Counted from the stretch's first letter, positions 1 through 13,374 are shown. The stretch: 64,000 nucleotides of DNA from Octopus vulgaris (GCA_951406725.2 OX597838.1:18538001-18602000), one strand, 5' to 3'. Notes: a model not told the origin generated them from the sequence alone. Numbers and translations are program-made.

Positions 1-38
1 ACATACATACATACAAACATGCATGCATACATATATAT

Positions 39-146
39 AGTTACTCCAAGCATGAACAAAGAGAAAACGCAACAACGCGAGGACGTGGAACAAGTATAGT
101 ATTATTGGACGCCCAGGAAAGGAAAGGAAGAAAATCGCCAACAATT
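39..146 (-). mobile_element. Family D short PLE-like element, internally deleted copy (hammerhead-like core missing)
   Basis: Matches both ends of 58721-58936 (caacaacgcgaggacgtggaacaagtatagtatt; aaaatcgccaac); flanked by (TA)n. Confidence 0.7.
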
Positions 147-148
147 TT

Positions 149-183
<35 letters not shown>

Positions 184-270
184 CATATATACATATATAT
201 ACATATATACATACATATATATACACATATACATATACATACATATATACATATATACATACATACATAT

Positions 271-350
<80 letters not shown>

Positions 351-351
351 G

Positions 352-500
352 CCAGAGTAAGCACTTAAATGCTAAACAAGGTAGAAAAAATAGAACTCAA
401 ATACCAGAGGTAGAGTAATATGCTTTACTAAAAAGTAGCAAAAATATCACAAAAACTGTTACTCAGAGTTTCATGTTCCTGTTCGTCAGGCAGTTTTGAT
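352..500 (-). mobile_element. Family F short element with minimal hammerhead motif
   Basis: Homologous to 54741-54960. Minus strand 452-497 reads aaaactgc CTGACGA acaggaacat GAAAC TCTGA GTA acagtttt. Confidence 0.6.
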
Positions 501-790
501 TATATATCAGTGGTGACTCCGGCATTCGGGCTGTTCGGGCTTAGTCCGAGTATAAATTTAGTAAAGTGTACGTGTATTTGCAAGCTGATTTAATTTCTGC
601 CAACATTGGCTTAAAGTATGTAACTTCAGCTAATAATCCAGAAATAAATTTAATATATTTTCATCTGTCTTACCCGCTTATGTTCTGGTGTCTGCTGAAT
701 TTCTCTACAGAGCATTCATTTCTTTGTAGTTAGATCGTAGATGATCTTCTTCTAGCATATTGGTTATCCACCTAGTGGTTATCCCTAAAT

Positions 791-860
<70 letters not shown>

Positions 861-1027
861 GTACAGGACGTCACCAACAGTAAACAACATGAAATACGAA
901 AATAAGCGAATTAGATATGCAAACAACGAGAGAGAAAAATTGAAAACAGGACAAGTCACACAAGCAACGACTTTTCATCAGTTGTCGTCTGTCTATCTAT
1001 TCCTCATTTCGAGCAATCACCAATTAT

Positions 1028-1172
1028 CTCCTTGTTTCTTTCTGTGTTCCTTTCTGTGGAAGAGCGTAGGCTCGAAACGTTAAAGACTTCTTCACTACCC
1101 GAGCGTTAAACTAATACATCTGTTTGTTCTCTAAACCACCCTTTCTTCTTTTGTTCTTTTTTGTAAATTCTC
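1028..1172 (+). mobile_element. Family E short PLE-like element with variant hammerhead core
   Basis: Near-identical to 13375-13500, 16472-16656 (rc) and 48723-48899 (rc). Motif CTTT CTGTGGA A GAGC GTAG GCTC GAAAC GTT AAAG at 1050-1085. Confidence 0.75.
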
Positions 1173-1184
1173 TCCATATATATG

Positions 1185-1224
<40 letters not shown>

Positions 1225-1228
1225 ACAG

Positions 1229-1267
<39 letters not shown>

Positions 1268-1331
1268 TGCATATATGTTGGAATTTTGACTGGTGACTAT
1301 TCTTTCTCTCTTATGCATATTTATATGTATG

Positions 1332-1422
<91 letters not shown>

Positions 1423-1550
1423 ATTAATTTGCGACTAGCTTATAGTTTCAGAAGCCTGTCTCAGTCGCTGCGATTTTCTCAAGACTAGCTTTGAGAAGGC
1501 CACAACGATTGAAGCAAGTTTCTAAAGCTGTAAGCTAGTCACAAATAAAT
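1423..1550. repeat. Imperfect palindrome (~60-bp arms)
   Basis: atttgcgactagcttatagtttcagaagc...ttctcaag pairs with ttgagaag...gtttctaaagctgtaagctagtcacaaat. Confidence 0.85.
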
Positions 1551-1879
1551 ATATTCAATGCACTTCCTGAAGTAATAAGTCTTTTGTTAGATATATGAAT
1601 GCCATCCTCCAACGAGCAAGCACAGAAGACATAAGATGCGTGTGTGTCTACGCAAGTGTATATATATATATGTCTGTGTTATGTGTGTGTATGTATATAT
1701 ATATACTCACACACACTACACACATATATGCATATAAATACATGTAGCAATCTTTACCGAAACATATCTAAGAAATCTAAATTATACACATATACGTATG
1801 TGTATATATGCATATATATATTTATGTATATATATATATATATATATATATTTTATGTATTTATGTATATATATATATT

Positions 1880-1958
<79 letters not shown>

Positions 1959-1969
1959 GTATATTGTTT

Positions 1970-2221
1970 TATTCTTTTACTTGCTTCAGCCACTTTGACT
2001 GTGACCGTACTGGAGCACCATCTTTTAGTCGAAGAAACCAACCCCTGGATTTTATTCTTTGTAAGCCTGGTACTTTATCGTTCTCTTTTGCCAAATCAAC
2101 TCACAAGGCTTTGGTCGGCCCGAGGCTATAGGAGAAGACACTTGCCCAAGGTGTCACGCAGTGGAGCTGAACCCGGAACCTTGTAGTTGGGAAACAAGCT
2201 ACTTACCATGCAGCCATGCCT
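1970..2221 (-). mobile_element. SINE family A (tRNA head + CORE-like ccttgggcaagt), central part deleted
   Basis: Reverse complement of the head and tail of 63284-63696. Confidence 0.9.
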
Positions 2222-2790
2222 ATCCTTCCCTTATTTATTCCTTCCTCACTTCTCTAATTCTCTTTCCATCTCTAACGCAACTCTCATTTCTGAACTTTCT
2301 CTTTCTCTTTCCAAACACTCTTTCTTCGCAAATCCTTATCTCATGCATGCACAATTATTAATTGCTATCATTATCTAGTTTGTCCACTCTCTCCTATATT
2401 ACGGAAGAAGAACAGGATTTTGATCACTCCTCTAAGACTGACATCTTTCAAGACAACGCAACTCGACTTGCATCGCCGAGCAAACTGATATAGATAGACG
2501 CGCCCGTGCGCTCGTGTCTTCGTGTGCTGCGCGTGCGTAAGAGTTGTTTGTATGTGGGTATGCATGCGTGCTTGTGTGTGTAGGGGGGTTGGGGTTGTTC
2601 TCGTTCTTGTGATTCGAGTTTCACGCTACAGCGATCTTCAGGTGAACTGATGTTGATCTAACTCTTATTGCCGGAAAGAGAATTCAGTTTGATTTAACAT
2701 TATACTCTACATTATGTATGAAGTACTCTAGCTGCTTTCCTTGACAAACTGAACAATTTCTTCACCCACGCAAACCTACTACTACTACTA

Positions 2791-2834
<44 letters not shown>

Positions 2835-2849
2835 GTACACACACGTATG

Positions 2850-2891
<42 letters not shown>

Positions 2892-3090
2892 TTATAGATA
2901 TAGGGTAAAGAATTATTAATTTAATAATTATTAAATTTTACCAAGTACTTTCGGTATGGAAAAATACACCATTATTGGTAAAATCTTATATAAAAAGTTT
3001 TTTTTTTATAATTGTAAGCATAATTAAGGGATTAGCAAAAAGATACTTCACCACATACCGAAAATTTAGAAATATATATATAAGCAACAC

Positions 3091-3182
<92 letters not shown>

Positions 3183-3185
3183 ATA

Positions 3186-3221
<36 letters not shown>

Positions 3222-3677
3222 TGTATGCATGTATGTATATTTACATATGTGCCTGTATACACAGATACATATATACATATATACACATGTAGTTCGTTAT
3301 AGATTAATTTTTAGTTCAACGTTGCGTTTGATGCGAAGTGATTCTTAACAGATAACAAACTCACACCACCATGCAGGTTAGCTTACTCACGTGTAAGCTA
3401 ATCAGCACCGTTTTTATTTTCCTAGTCATAAACCGCGATCGCTTGGTAGAACATCAGTTAGGCGATGCAGAATCTAACGATGTTTAACGAACCGAAAAAA
3501 CTTTGGTCAATACGCTATCTGCGTTGTTTTGGCGAGTAATTCCTGTATTCCACCAAACCCGAACCACATATTTATTCAACATTAAGATCATGTATTTTTT
3601 TTTTACGTTGAATGCATGAATATCCATATATGTACACTTACAAGCACAGGTATACGCTCACATTCACAATTATACAC

Positions 3678-3846
3678 GCACGTGGCTCTGTGGTAAGTAG
3701 CTTGGTTCCGGGTTCAGTCCCATGGTTCCGGGTTCAGTCCCACTGCGTGGCACCTTGGGCAAGTGTCTTCTACTATAGTCTCGGGCCGACCAAAGCCTTG
3801 TGAGTGGAGTTGGTAGACGGAAACTGAAGGAAGCCCGTCGTATATA

Positions 3847-3899
<53 letters not shown>

Positions 3900-4118
3900 G
3901 TGTGTATATGTTTGTGAGTCAGTGTTTGTCCACCCCCCCCCCCAACATGGCTTGACAACCGATGCTGGTTTCGCAAAAGACAGACCGATAGAATAAGTAC
4001 TAGACTTACAAAGAATAAGTCCTGGGGTCGATTTGCTCGACTAAAGGCGGTGCTCCAGCATGGCCGCAGTCAAATGACTGAAACAAGTAAAAAAAAAAGG
4101 GGGGGGGGGTAAAAGAGT
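3678..4118 (+). mobile_element. SINE family A
   Basis: tggctctgtggtaag (A box) ... ggttcagtccc (B-box-like) ... ccttgggcaagt ... internal (TA)n/(TG)n ... tail gactgaaacaagtaaaa. Confidence 0.92.
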
Positions 4119-4119
4119 A

Positions 4120-4437
4120 ATTTACAGAGTTACAAGCAGTTGGATAATTATGTCTATGAATTTTCGTGGGTAGTTCATTGTCTTGACCAATTCTTCCTGG
4201 CCTATATTCTCTATCTGAGTGAATTCCCAAACCGTGACGTTGTGATGGTATACAATGTGTATTACAGTTGGAGGAATCACCAGTGTTGTACATGACTACT
4301 TCTTGTGCATGTTGAATTTTTTTCGCTGTACTCAGCCCTAACTAGAGCCGCATTAAAATAAGTTGCGTATGATTCGAAAATTTTATTATTAGCGGATAAT
4401 CTAGAAATTCTTGCAGAAATATTCCCAACTAATCCCC
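4120..4437 (-). pseudogene. Penelope-like element ORF fragment (RT C-terminal/thumb region into linker)
   Basis: Minus strand translates GLVGNISARISRLSANNKIFESYATYFNAALVRAEYSEK (frameshift) IQHAQEVVMYNT, matching the PLE pattern I.xRISxLSxN..IF......YN.AL...GY. Confidence 0.75.
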
Positions 4438-4674
4438 ATATATATTATATTATACACACACACATTTGTATATATGTATATATGTATATAAATATACATA
4501 CGATCATTTCTATGGATTGTTCAGCTTAAAACTGAACATATGTAGTCATCGACAGGAGATTCAATCATATATGTATATTTATGGGTATACACACACACAC
4601 ATATATACACACACATACACACATCTATCTATCTACCTACCTACCTATCTACCTACCTACCTATCTATCTATCC

Positions 4675-4746
<72 letters not shown>

Positions 4747-4747
4747 G

Positions 4748-4803
<56 letters not shown>

Positions 4804-4951
4804 CCTCTCTCTCTCTCTTTCTCTCTATCTATATATCTTAAAGTAAGTGAGCCAGATTTCCGGTTTGACCACACATTCGGCTCTTGCTCCCGTCAGTCTA
4901 GAAGGGCCTGTAATGAGCCATGGTAGTAGTGTTCCCCCTCGTGAAGAAGTT

Positions 4952-4990
<39 letters not shown>

Positions 4991-5216
4991 TATATATTTG
5001 ACGGCGGCCACGCTGGGGCACTGCATTCAAGAATTTATAGCCCAATGAATCGAGCCTAGTAATTATTTTTTTTATTAATGCTAGCACTTAACTCTATCGG
5101 TCCCTTTTTTCTGTTAAACCGCTAAGTTTACGCTAAGGGAGTAAATAAACCAACACCAGTTGTTATACACACACAGACACACAAACACACTCATATGTGT
5201 ACATATACACGTCTAT

Positions 5217-5274
<58 letters not shown>

Positions 5275-5406
5275 GAATGTATATCTATATGTGTGTGCAT
5301 GTATGTGCATATCTTTGCATCTATGTATGTATGCATTTATCTATCTTTCCATCTCCCTCTCTCTTCCTCTCCCACTCTCTTTCTTTTTCTCTTCCCCTGT
5401 GTGTGG

Positions 5407-5479
<73 letters not shown>

Positions 5480-5500
5480 ACATATATATATATATATATG

Positions 5501-5549
<49 letters not shown>

Positions 5550-5593
5550 ACATATATATATATATATATGATACATATATATATATATATATG

Positions 5594-5640
<47 letters not shown>

Positions 5641-5934
5641 TAGTATGCATGCTGCAATGCAGCAACAGAAGAAGGAGTATTGGGCATATGATGTAGATTA
5701 AGTAGAATTTGTTATATCTATCCCTAGTTAATGATTCCCTCCAACACTACACGCAGTTTCTCGCCATAAGGAATCGCTCGGACAGCAACGTACATTCAAA
5801 GATACACTCACAAACGCACAGACAGACAGACACGTTTCCAATCGCATCACGCATACACATTCATATACATTTAGTTCAGGAATGTACTTTTGGCTATGCA
5901 TCAGAATACAGTGATATGTATATGTATATATATA

Positions 5935-6019
5935 TAGCTGATGAGTACGGGACACGTTTATATGCTGTAATTTTTGCAACTTTTAATAAAACCTGTCCTT
6001 GTATGAAACGATTGTACTA
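5935..6019 (+). ncRNA. Type I hammerhead ribozyme motif (family G, long stem II)
   Basis: tag CTGATGA(5938-5944) GTACGGGACA..TGTCCTTGTAT GAAAC(6005-6009) GATT GTA(6014-6016) cta. Downstream atccattcttgttgctt is shared with the 23.5 kb and 63.8 kb copies. Confidence 0.75.
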
Positions 6020-6164
6020 AAAACCTATCCATTCTTGTTGCTTCATTCTCGCTTATAATCACCCCACATTACTGTATTGTTAAATCAGTATAGTTTTTTT
6101 TGGTGCATCTAAGTTAGGTACCATATTCAAGTAAATTCATTTAAATTAACTTGAATCTTTATTG

Positions 6165-6225
<61 letters not shown>

Positions 6226-6507
6226 ATCAAGTCAATCGATATTTTATACACAAACACACACACAATCATATAATATAATCATATCATATAGTGGTATATG
6301 CATGTACATCGATCCATATACATACACTTGCACAAGCATACGCAGGTCAAGTATGTATGTGTATCTATGTGTGTGTGTGTGTGTGCGTGTGTCTGCGTGT
6401 GTATGTCTGTGTATGTATGTATATTTACATATGATATATGATTAAATTATTTTGAAAGTATATATGTGTGACTATGAATAAGCGCGAGTATAAGCTGTGT
6501 GTGTATG

Positions 6508-6542
<35 letters not shown>

Positions 6543-6567
6543 GTACGTGTATATATATATATGTATG

Positions 6568-6626
<59 letters not shown>

Positions 6627-6663
6627 TTATATATGTATATTTATATATATATATATGTGTATG

Positions 6664-6698
<35 letters not shown>

Positions 6699-7725
6699 GT
6701 GTGTGTATACATACATACACACACACATATATATATACACACATATACATGCATATACATATATATGTATATATATATATGTGTGTGTGTGTGTATGCAT
6801 ACATACACACACACACATATATATACACACATATACATGCATATACATATATATGTACATATATTTTTATCTGCATTTATTTGCGTATATTTGCAGGAAA
6901 CAAAATACACCTCTGTGTATGTATGTGGGGGAGAGAGAGGGAGAGAGATAGAGAGCGTGAGCGAGTGAGAGAGAGAGAGAGAGAGAGAGCATGTGGGCAT
7001 ACATGTTGTGTGCGATGTGGTGTAGTGTGGTTTGTGCTTTGTGGTGTGTGTTTGGTGTGTAGAACTAGGTTGTCACTTTACTCTAATAAACATAAGTAAA
7101 GATCAATAAACGAAGTTACTACTTCAAGTGGCTTATTTAATACACTTTGAAGATTTCAATCTAGAAATTACAGTCACCCACAAAGCATTGATGTTTAGAA
7201 CTGTGTTTTTTCTTCGGTGTTTACAGCATGTTATAGTGTTGTATACTACATTATACATCACCACATCAAACTACATCGGATTACACCACACTACACTATA
7301 GTAGACCAGATTTCACCGCAGTACATCGCGCTATACCATACAACGCTACACAGCATAAAAACCACACAGCACTATACCGTGAAATGGCGAGAATAGGGAC
7401 AGCTTGGTGAATAGGGACAAAAGTAGAAAATTAAAATGCTGATGTCAGCATAGTAAGAGCTCTGACCTGCTGACAGATCTCATGCCCCTGGATGATAGAA
7501 AATTGGTAGGACACTTCAGAAGTGAAATTTGAAGAGATTTTAAAATCCTTGCAAGTTAAGGTAAGTGAGGCAGACTCATTAAACAAAATTATGCGAGGAC
7601 TTTAACTCAAAACTTATGTTGTTGTGATCATAAGTGTAAACAACAGAGACAAAGTTTTCAGACATGCCAAATTTACCTGACCGGTAATAAATACTTTACC
7701 TCGCTTGACCCAACTGCATAGATGA

Positions 7726-7950
7726 GCGTGGCCTAGTGGTGAGAGTGTTCGGACTCATGATCGTAAGATTTTGGTTTCAATTACTTGATTGGGCGACACG
7801 CTGAGTTCTTGAGCAAAATACTCAGCTGGCAAAAATGTGTAACTCTGTGATGGAACGGCTTCCCATTCAGGCGGGGATAACTGCGCCAAAGAAACCAGGA
7901 AACCGTACCTGTGAATCTATATGACTTGGAAGGATCTTTATCCTTTACCT
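7726..7950 (+). mobile_element. tRNA-derived SINE (diverged) with tail related to 57103-57392
   Basis: gcgtggcctagtggt A box, ggtttcaatt B-box-like, ttcttgagcaa CORE-like segment, tail tgtgatggaacggcttcccattcagg...gaaaccaggaaacc. Confidence 0.7.
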
Positions 7951-7968
7951 ACACCAATGTGATGTAAC

Positions 7969-8405
7969 ATATTGGTTTCAAATTTTGGTGCAAGGCCAGC
8001 AATTTCGGAGGAGGGGTAAGTCGATTATATCGATCCCAGTGCTCAAGTAATATTTATTTTATCAAGGCGCGAGCTGGCAGAAACGTTAGCCCGCCGGGCG
8101 AAATGCATAGCAGCATTTCGTCCGTCTTTACGTTCTGAGTTCAAATTCCGCCCAGGTCGACTTTACCTTTCATGCTTTCGAGGTCGATAAATTAAGTACC
8201 AGTTACGTACTGGGGTCGATCTAATCGACTGGCCCGCTCCCCAAAAATTTCGGGCTTTGTATCTAGAGTAGAAAAGAATATTTTATCAACCCCGAAAGGA
8301 TTAAAGGCAAAGTGGAACCCGGCAGCATCTACACTCAGAACGTAAGTCCCGAAAGAAATGCCACCAATATTTTTTCCGTTATTGATTCTGCTAGCTCGCC
8401 GCCTA
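7969..8405 (-). mobile_element. SINE family B interrupted by an antisense SINE B copy
   Basis: Outer copy tattggtttcaaattttgg...gctcgccgcc; inner copy ~8064-8278 on +; duplication tattttatcaa at 8055-8065 and 8279-8289. Confidence 0.88.
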
Positions 8406-8416
8406 CATGCCATTCA

Positions 8417-8712
8417 TATTGGTTTCAAATTTTGGCACAAGGCCAGCAATTTCGAGAGAAGGTGTAAGTCGATAACACCGATCCCAATGCTCAACTACTA
8501 CCTATTTTATCGGCCCCGAAAGGATGAAAGGCAAAATCGATGTCGGCGGCATTTGAACTCAGAACGTGAAGATGGACAAAATGGCCGCTATGCATTTCGC
8601 CCAGCGTGCTAACGATTCTTATTTCTTTATTGCCCACAAGGGGCTAAACATAGAGGGGACAAACAAGGAGAGATAAAGGGACTAAGTCGATTAGATCGAC
8701 CCCAGTACGTAA
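8417..8712 (-). mobile_element. SINE family B copy plus partial second unit with the alternative tail
   Basis: Same body (ccccgaaaggatgaaaggcaaa...tttgaactcagaacgt) as 10716-10928 and 62615-63027. Confidence 0.88.
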
Positions 8713-8720
8713 CTCGATCA

Positions 8721-9570
8721 AATAAGCATAACAAGAGATGTAGGTATCAGGATGTCCTCTGGTTCAACTCGATTTTCGGTTCGCATATTTCAACCAAGAT
8801 CGCTAGAAAATTTTCTGCTGTTTTGGACAAATATTTTCCTAAATCTAATCGGTATCATGCTATTTTTAATCGGCACACCGTGAAGGTATCGTACACTAAC
8901 TCTGCTAACATAGAGCAGCTTATGCATCGCATAAACAATAGTAAAATGCGACAAAGTTTCAATAACCCACCTACTGGTTCTAGCTAATATACGCATCTAA
9001 ATACCAACAAAGATGTAAACCACGATGAAAAAAACCCAAATACGGTCAAATTGTAATAACAGAAATACTTTTGATACAGCTAACACCGTCAGAAAATGGA
9101 GTTGGAACTGCCTTATATACAAATAAATATGATAAATGCTAATGCAGAGAAAAACCGAAATGCCCATTGATGAACCTCTGTATGAGTACTAATCTTGTAC
9201 ATAAATGTACCATGTACATAAGGGAGGGCTGTATGATTACACTGGACAGACGGCTGATTCATTTATGAATCATTATCGTAACCATGTCGCCAGCTTTAAG
9301 ACAATTAATAAGAGACATCCAACACAATTGGCCGATTGTGTATGGCGACAGAAGAGGGATAAAATTAAATACAGCAAAACTTGGTCCACAGTAAGGCACG
9401 CGAAACCATACAATATAATTTCCAGGAGATGCCGTCTCTGCTCCGAGGAATTCCTGTCGTTTTTGTGGACTAATGAGAAGATTATTAATGGAATTTATGA
9501 ATGACTCTTGAGATGCTTACACGCATATAAATCTATTTTCGCACAATGCAGTGGAAATGAATTTGAGTAA
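8721..9570 (+). pseudogene. Penelope-like element ORF 3' part: linker, Cys motif and GIY-YIG endonuclease, with stops and frameshifts
   Basis: 8721 frame NKHNKRCRYQDVLWFNSIFGSHISTKIARKFSAVLDKYFPKSNRYHAIFNRHTVKVSY; then C*CREKPKCPLMNLCMSTNLVHKCT; ORF 9205-9504 YTGQT..F...Y.NH..SF...T.LA..VW...W..V..AKPYN..SRRC.LC.EE. All are hallmark PLE motifs. Confidence 0.9.
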
Positions 9571-9683
9571 CTGTTAACATAAAATAATTTAAGGTACTCT
9601 CTTTACTCTTTTACTCTTTTACTTGTTTTTGTATGCATGTGTTTGTGTGTGTGTTTGTGTGTGTGTTTGTGTGTGTATGTGTG

Positions 9684-10091
9684 TACTCTTTACTCTTTTA
9701 CTTGTTTCAGTTATTTGACTGTGGCCATGCTGGAGCACCGCCTTTAGTCAAGCAAATCGACAGCAGGACTTTGTAAGCCTAGTACTTATTCTATCGGTCT
9801 GTTTTGCCGAACCGCTAAGTTACGGTGACGTAAACACAGCAGCATCGGTTGTCAAGCGATGTTGGGGGGTGGGGGGACAAACACAGACACACAAACATAT
9901 ACACACACATATATAAATACATATATACGACAGGCTTCTTTCAGTTTCCGTCTACCAAATCCACTCACAAGGCTTTGGTCGGCCCGAGGCTATAGTAGAA
10001 GACACTTGCCCAAGGTGCCAGGCAGTGGGACTGAACCCGGAACCATGTGGTTGGTAAACAAGCTACTTACCACACAGCCATTCTTGCGCCT
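9684..10091 (-). mobile_element. SINE family A, full length
   Basis: Complete head, CORE-like segment, internal microsatellite and (GAGTAAAA)n-type tail. Confidence 0.95.
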
Positions 10092-10607
10092 ATAGGATGA
10101 ATTAAGTTTACTTTTAACTTCCCCATTCTCATAAACACCAAGTAGCTATTTAACTCGCTTTGTGATCGTGAGGGCACCAAACCACACGTATGCGTATGCT
10201 TACATTTTAGTAGATGGTTGTATGAGCGAGTGTACTCGCGTCTTGCAGCTTGCGCAAGGGCGTTTATACATCCATATTTCTTCACGGTTATTTTTAATAC
10301 TTTTCTCACTGTATTGCGTGTTCGTTATCTTTTTTTTTTTTTTGCATCTGTGATTTGATTTTTGATCTTCTATGCAAATGAAGCTATTTCCATCGTTTTG
10401 ATGCTTTTCTTTCTACGAAATGAGAAGATTGCGGAACGGTTATTTTAATGAGTTGTGTCTAATTATCAGCCAATGAGACACATCAGCACAACCTGAACCA
10501 GCTGTAGGATGTCCCACCCGTGAGTGGTCGATGCTAGATGTGCCGAAATAATTGTCGTGATTAATAAATAAATTCTCGTATATTCCATCTTCCGTCTTTC
10601 ACTTACC

Positions 10608-10681
<74 letters not shown>

Positions 10682-10715
10682 ATATGCACGCATGTTTAAA
10701 TATGCACGTTATAGT

Positions 10716-10928
10716 GGCTTCAAATTTTGGCACATGGCCAGTAAGTTCGGGGTGTGGGCAAGTCGATTAAATTAACCCCACTACTTAAATAGCACGTGTT
10801 TTTATCGATCCCGAAAGGATGAAAGGCAAAGTCAACCTCGATAGAATATGAACTCACGACGTAAGGACGAAAGATATACCGCAAGGCATTTTGTCCGACT
10901 TGCTAACGATTCTGCCAGCTCGCCGCCT
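10716..10928 (-). mobile_element. SINE family B
   Basis: ggcttcaaattttggcac...ttctgccagctcgccgcc. Confidence 0.88.
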
Positions 10929-11239
10929 CACGCATGTATGCACTATTATATATATCTGCATATACACACACACACAATACATACGTACACAAATATACCC
11001 AAAGATACATACATACACAAATATACCCATAGATACATACATACACATTAATGTACATTGAAAAGCATATACAAACATTATATATATACTCAAATCAGTC
11101 TCTTGTGTAGAATCATTGGACCATCTGCCTTATTAGTTCCATCTCTTTGCGTTTTGATTTCAAAACAGGAGGCGCTTATTTTTGCGTTTCGTCCATTAGG
11201 GTTCGATAACTAAAGCACCAACCACCACTGAGTTCTTCT

Positions 11240-11512
<273 letters not shown>

Positions 11513-11881
11513 TCTTAACAAGCAAAAAATTAGCTGTGTTCAAACTTGTGTATGTAGGTGTGTGAATATCTTCATAAGCGGTAGATTAATATTGGTTAAA
11601 CACACATCTCCAAATATATTCTGTATTCCTCTATATAAATTGTTATATATCAGGAAGTAAGCATAAAACCATACAAGTCTCTCTCTTTCTTTCTCTCCCC
11701 CTCTCTTTCTCTCCTCTCTCTTTCTTTTCGCGCGCACACATATACACAGATATACATATATATTTATTGATCGACTTATACAATGAAGAGATGCTTCTAG
11801 TCTTGCAGTCTTGTAGAAGTTTTATCTATGAAATCCAGCATATGCTTGGTTGTGATAGACAAAACGAATTAAGAAGACAAC

Positions 11882-12027
<146 letters not shown>

Positions 12028-12178
12028 CATATATACATAGACACATATACATACGTACATACATGCACGTGTACAGACAGACATATACATATGCACATAT
12101 ATTCATACAATGGATATATATAGAGAGATTTATGCAATATTGATAAACACACACATACACACACACACATATATATAC

Positions 12179-12224
<46 letters not shown>

Positions 12225-12245
12225 ATATATACATATATATGTATG

Positions 12246-12289
<44 letters not shown>

Positions 12290-12406
12290 AACACACACAT
12301 ATGCAAACACACAGCTTTGTGTGAGTGCGTGTATGAATGTGTGTGCATGAATGTGTTTGTGTGTGCGGGGGGGGGGCGTGTATATATGTGTGTGCGTGCG
12401 CGGGCA

Positions 12407-12449
<43 letters not shown>

Positions 12450-12739
12450 TTGCATTGTTCAACACCGGTAGTAGACACACAGACAGAGAACAGGCATGGA
12501 ATGAATGTAAGTGGAACTCAAATCCAAAATGACGACTGTTCTGATCTGTAATTGTTAGGAAACATAATAGTTTCATCTTAAATTAAACTCATGCTTTTAT
12601 CAGATTAATTTCTATTCACCCTTGACCCACCTTCCACCGCTCCACCATTTTTGCAGACTTTACCAATAACCACGTGACTTGCTGCGACTTAGTTATTGGC
12701 AGCTTTTTACAATTCTTTTTCATCTTCTTTTATCGTTGA

Positions 12740-12900
12740 TATTGTTGTTGCTGTGGTGATGGTGGTGGTGGTGGTGGTGGTGGTGGTGGTGGTGGTTGTG
12801 ATGATTGTAAGAGTGTCTCTTGTTGTTGTCGTTGTTACAGCTGCTGTTGTTGTTGTTGTTGTTGTCCGTGTTGTTGTTGTTGTTCCTGTTGTTGTTGTTC
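12740..12900. repeat. (GGT)n/(GTT)n trinucleotide mosaic
   Basis: Direct reading; source of the poly-V/poly-T ORFs. Confidence 0.95.
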
Positions 12901-13030
12901 TACCACTAGATCCGCCATTTTGCTGTCTGTCTATAGATATTTTTACAACTACCGAGACAGAGACCATTTTCTATATCACTGTCACCACTTAATTCACGCA
13001 AACACACACACACACACACGCACATACATG

Positions 13031-13069
<39 letters not shown>

Positions 13070-13374
13070 GTATATATTTACTAACATATTCACACATGCA
13101 AACACGTACATAAACAACTGCATACTCGCATACAACTAATCCATGTATACAGCAGCTACACATATGCATCTAAACACACACACACACACACACATATATA
13201 TGTGTGGGCGTGTATGTGTTTGCGCGTGCGCACGCGCATGTGTGTGTGTGTGCTTATTTACACATTATTTTTACACATATTCAACCTTATGCCCTCTCAT
13301 AAACGGAGCTACAAGCACACTTGGTACACTGTGTGTGCATGTCTGCATGTGTGTGTGTGTATGTGTGTTTTTTT

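Noticed and set aside
965-1020. CTGATGA with an upstream GAAA on the minus strand (similar at 27600-27665)
   Set aside because: I could not build consistent stems I-III for any hammerhead permutation; probably decayed PLE-related pieces.
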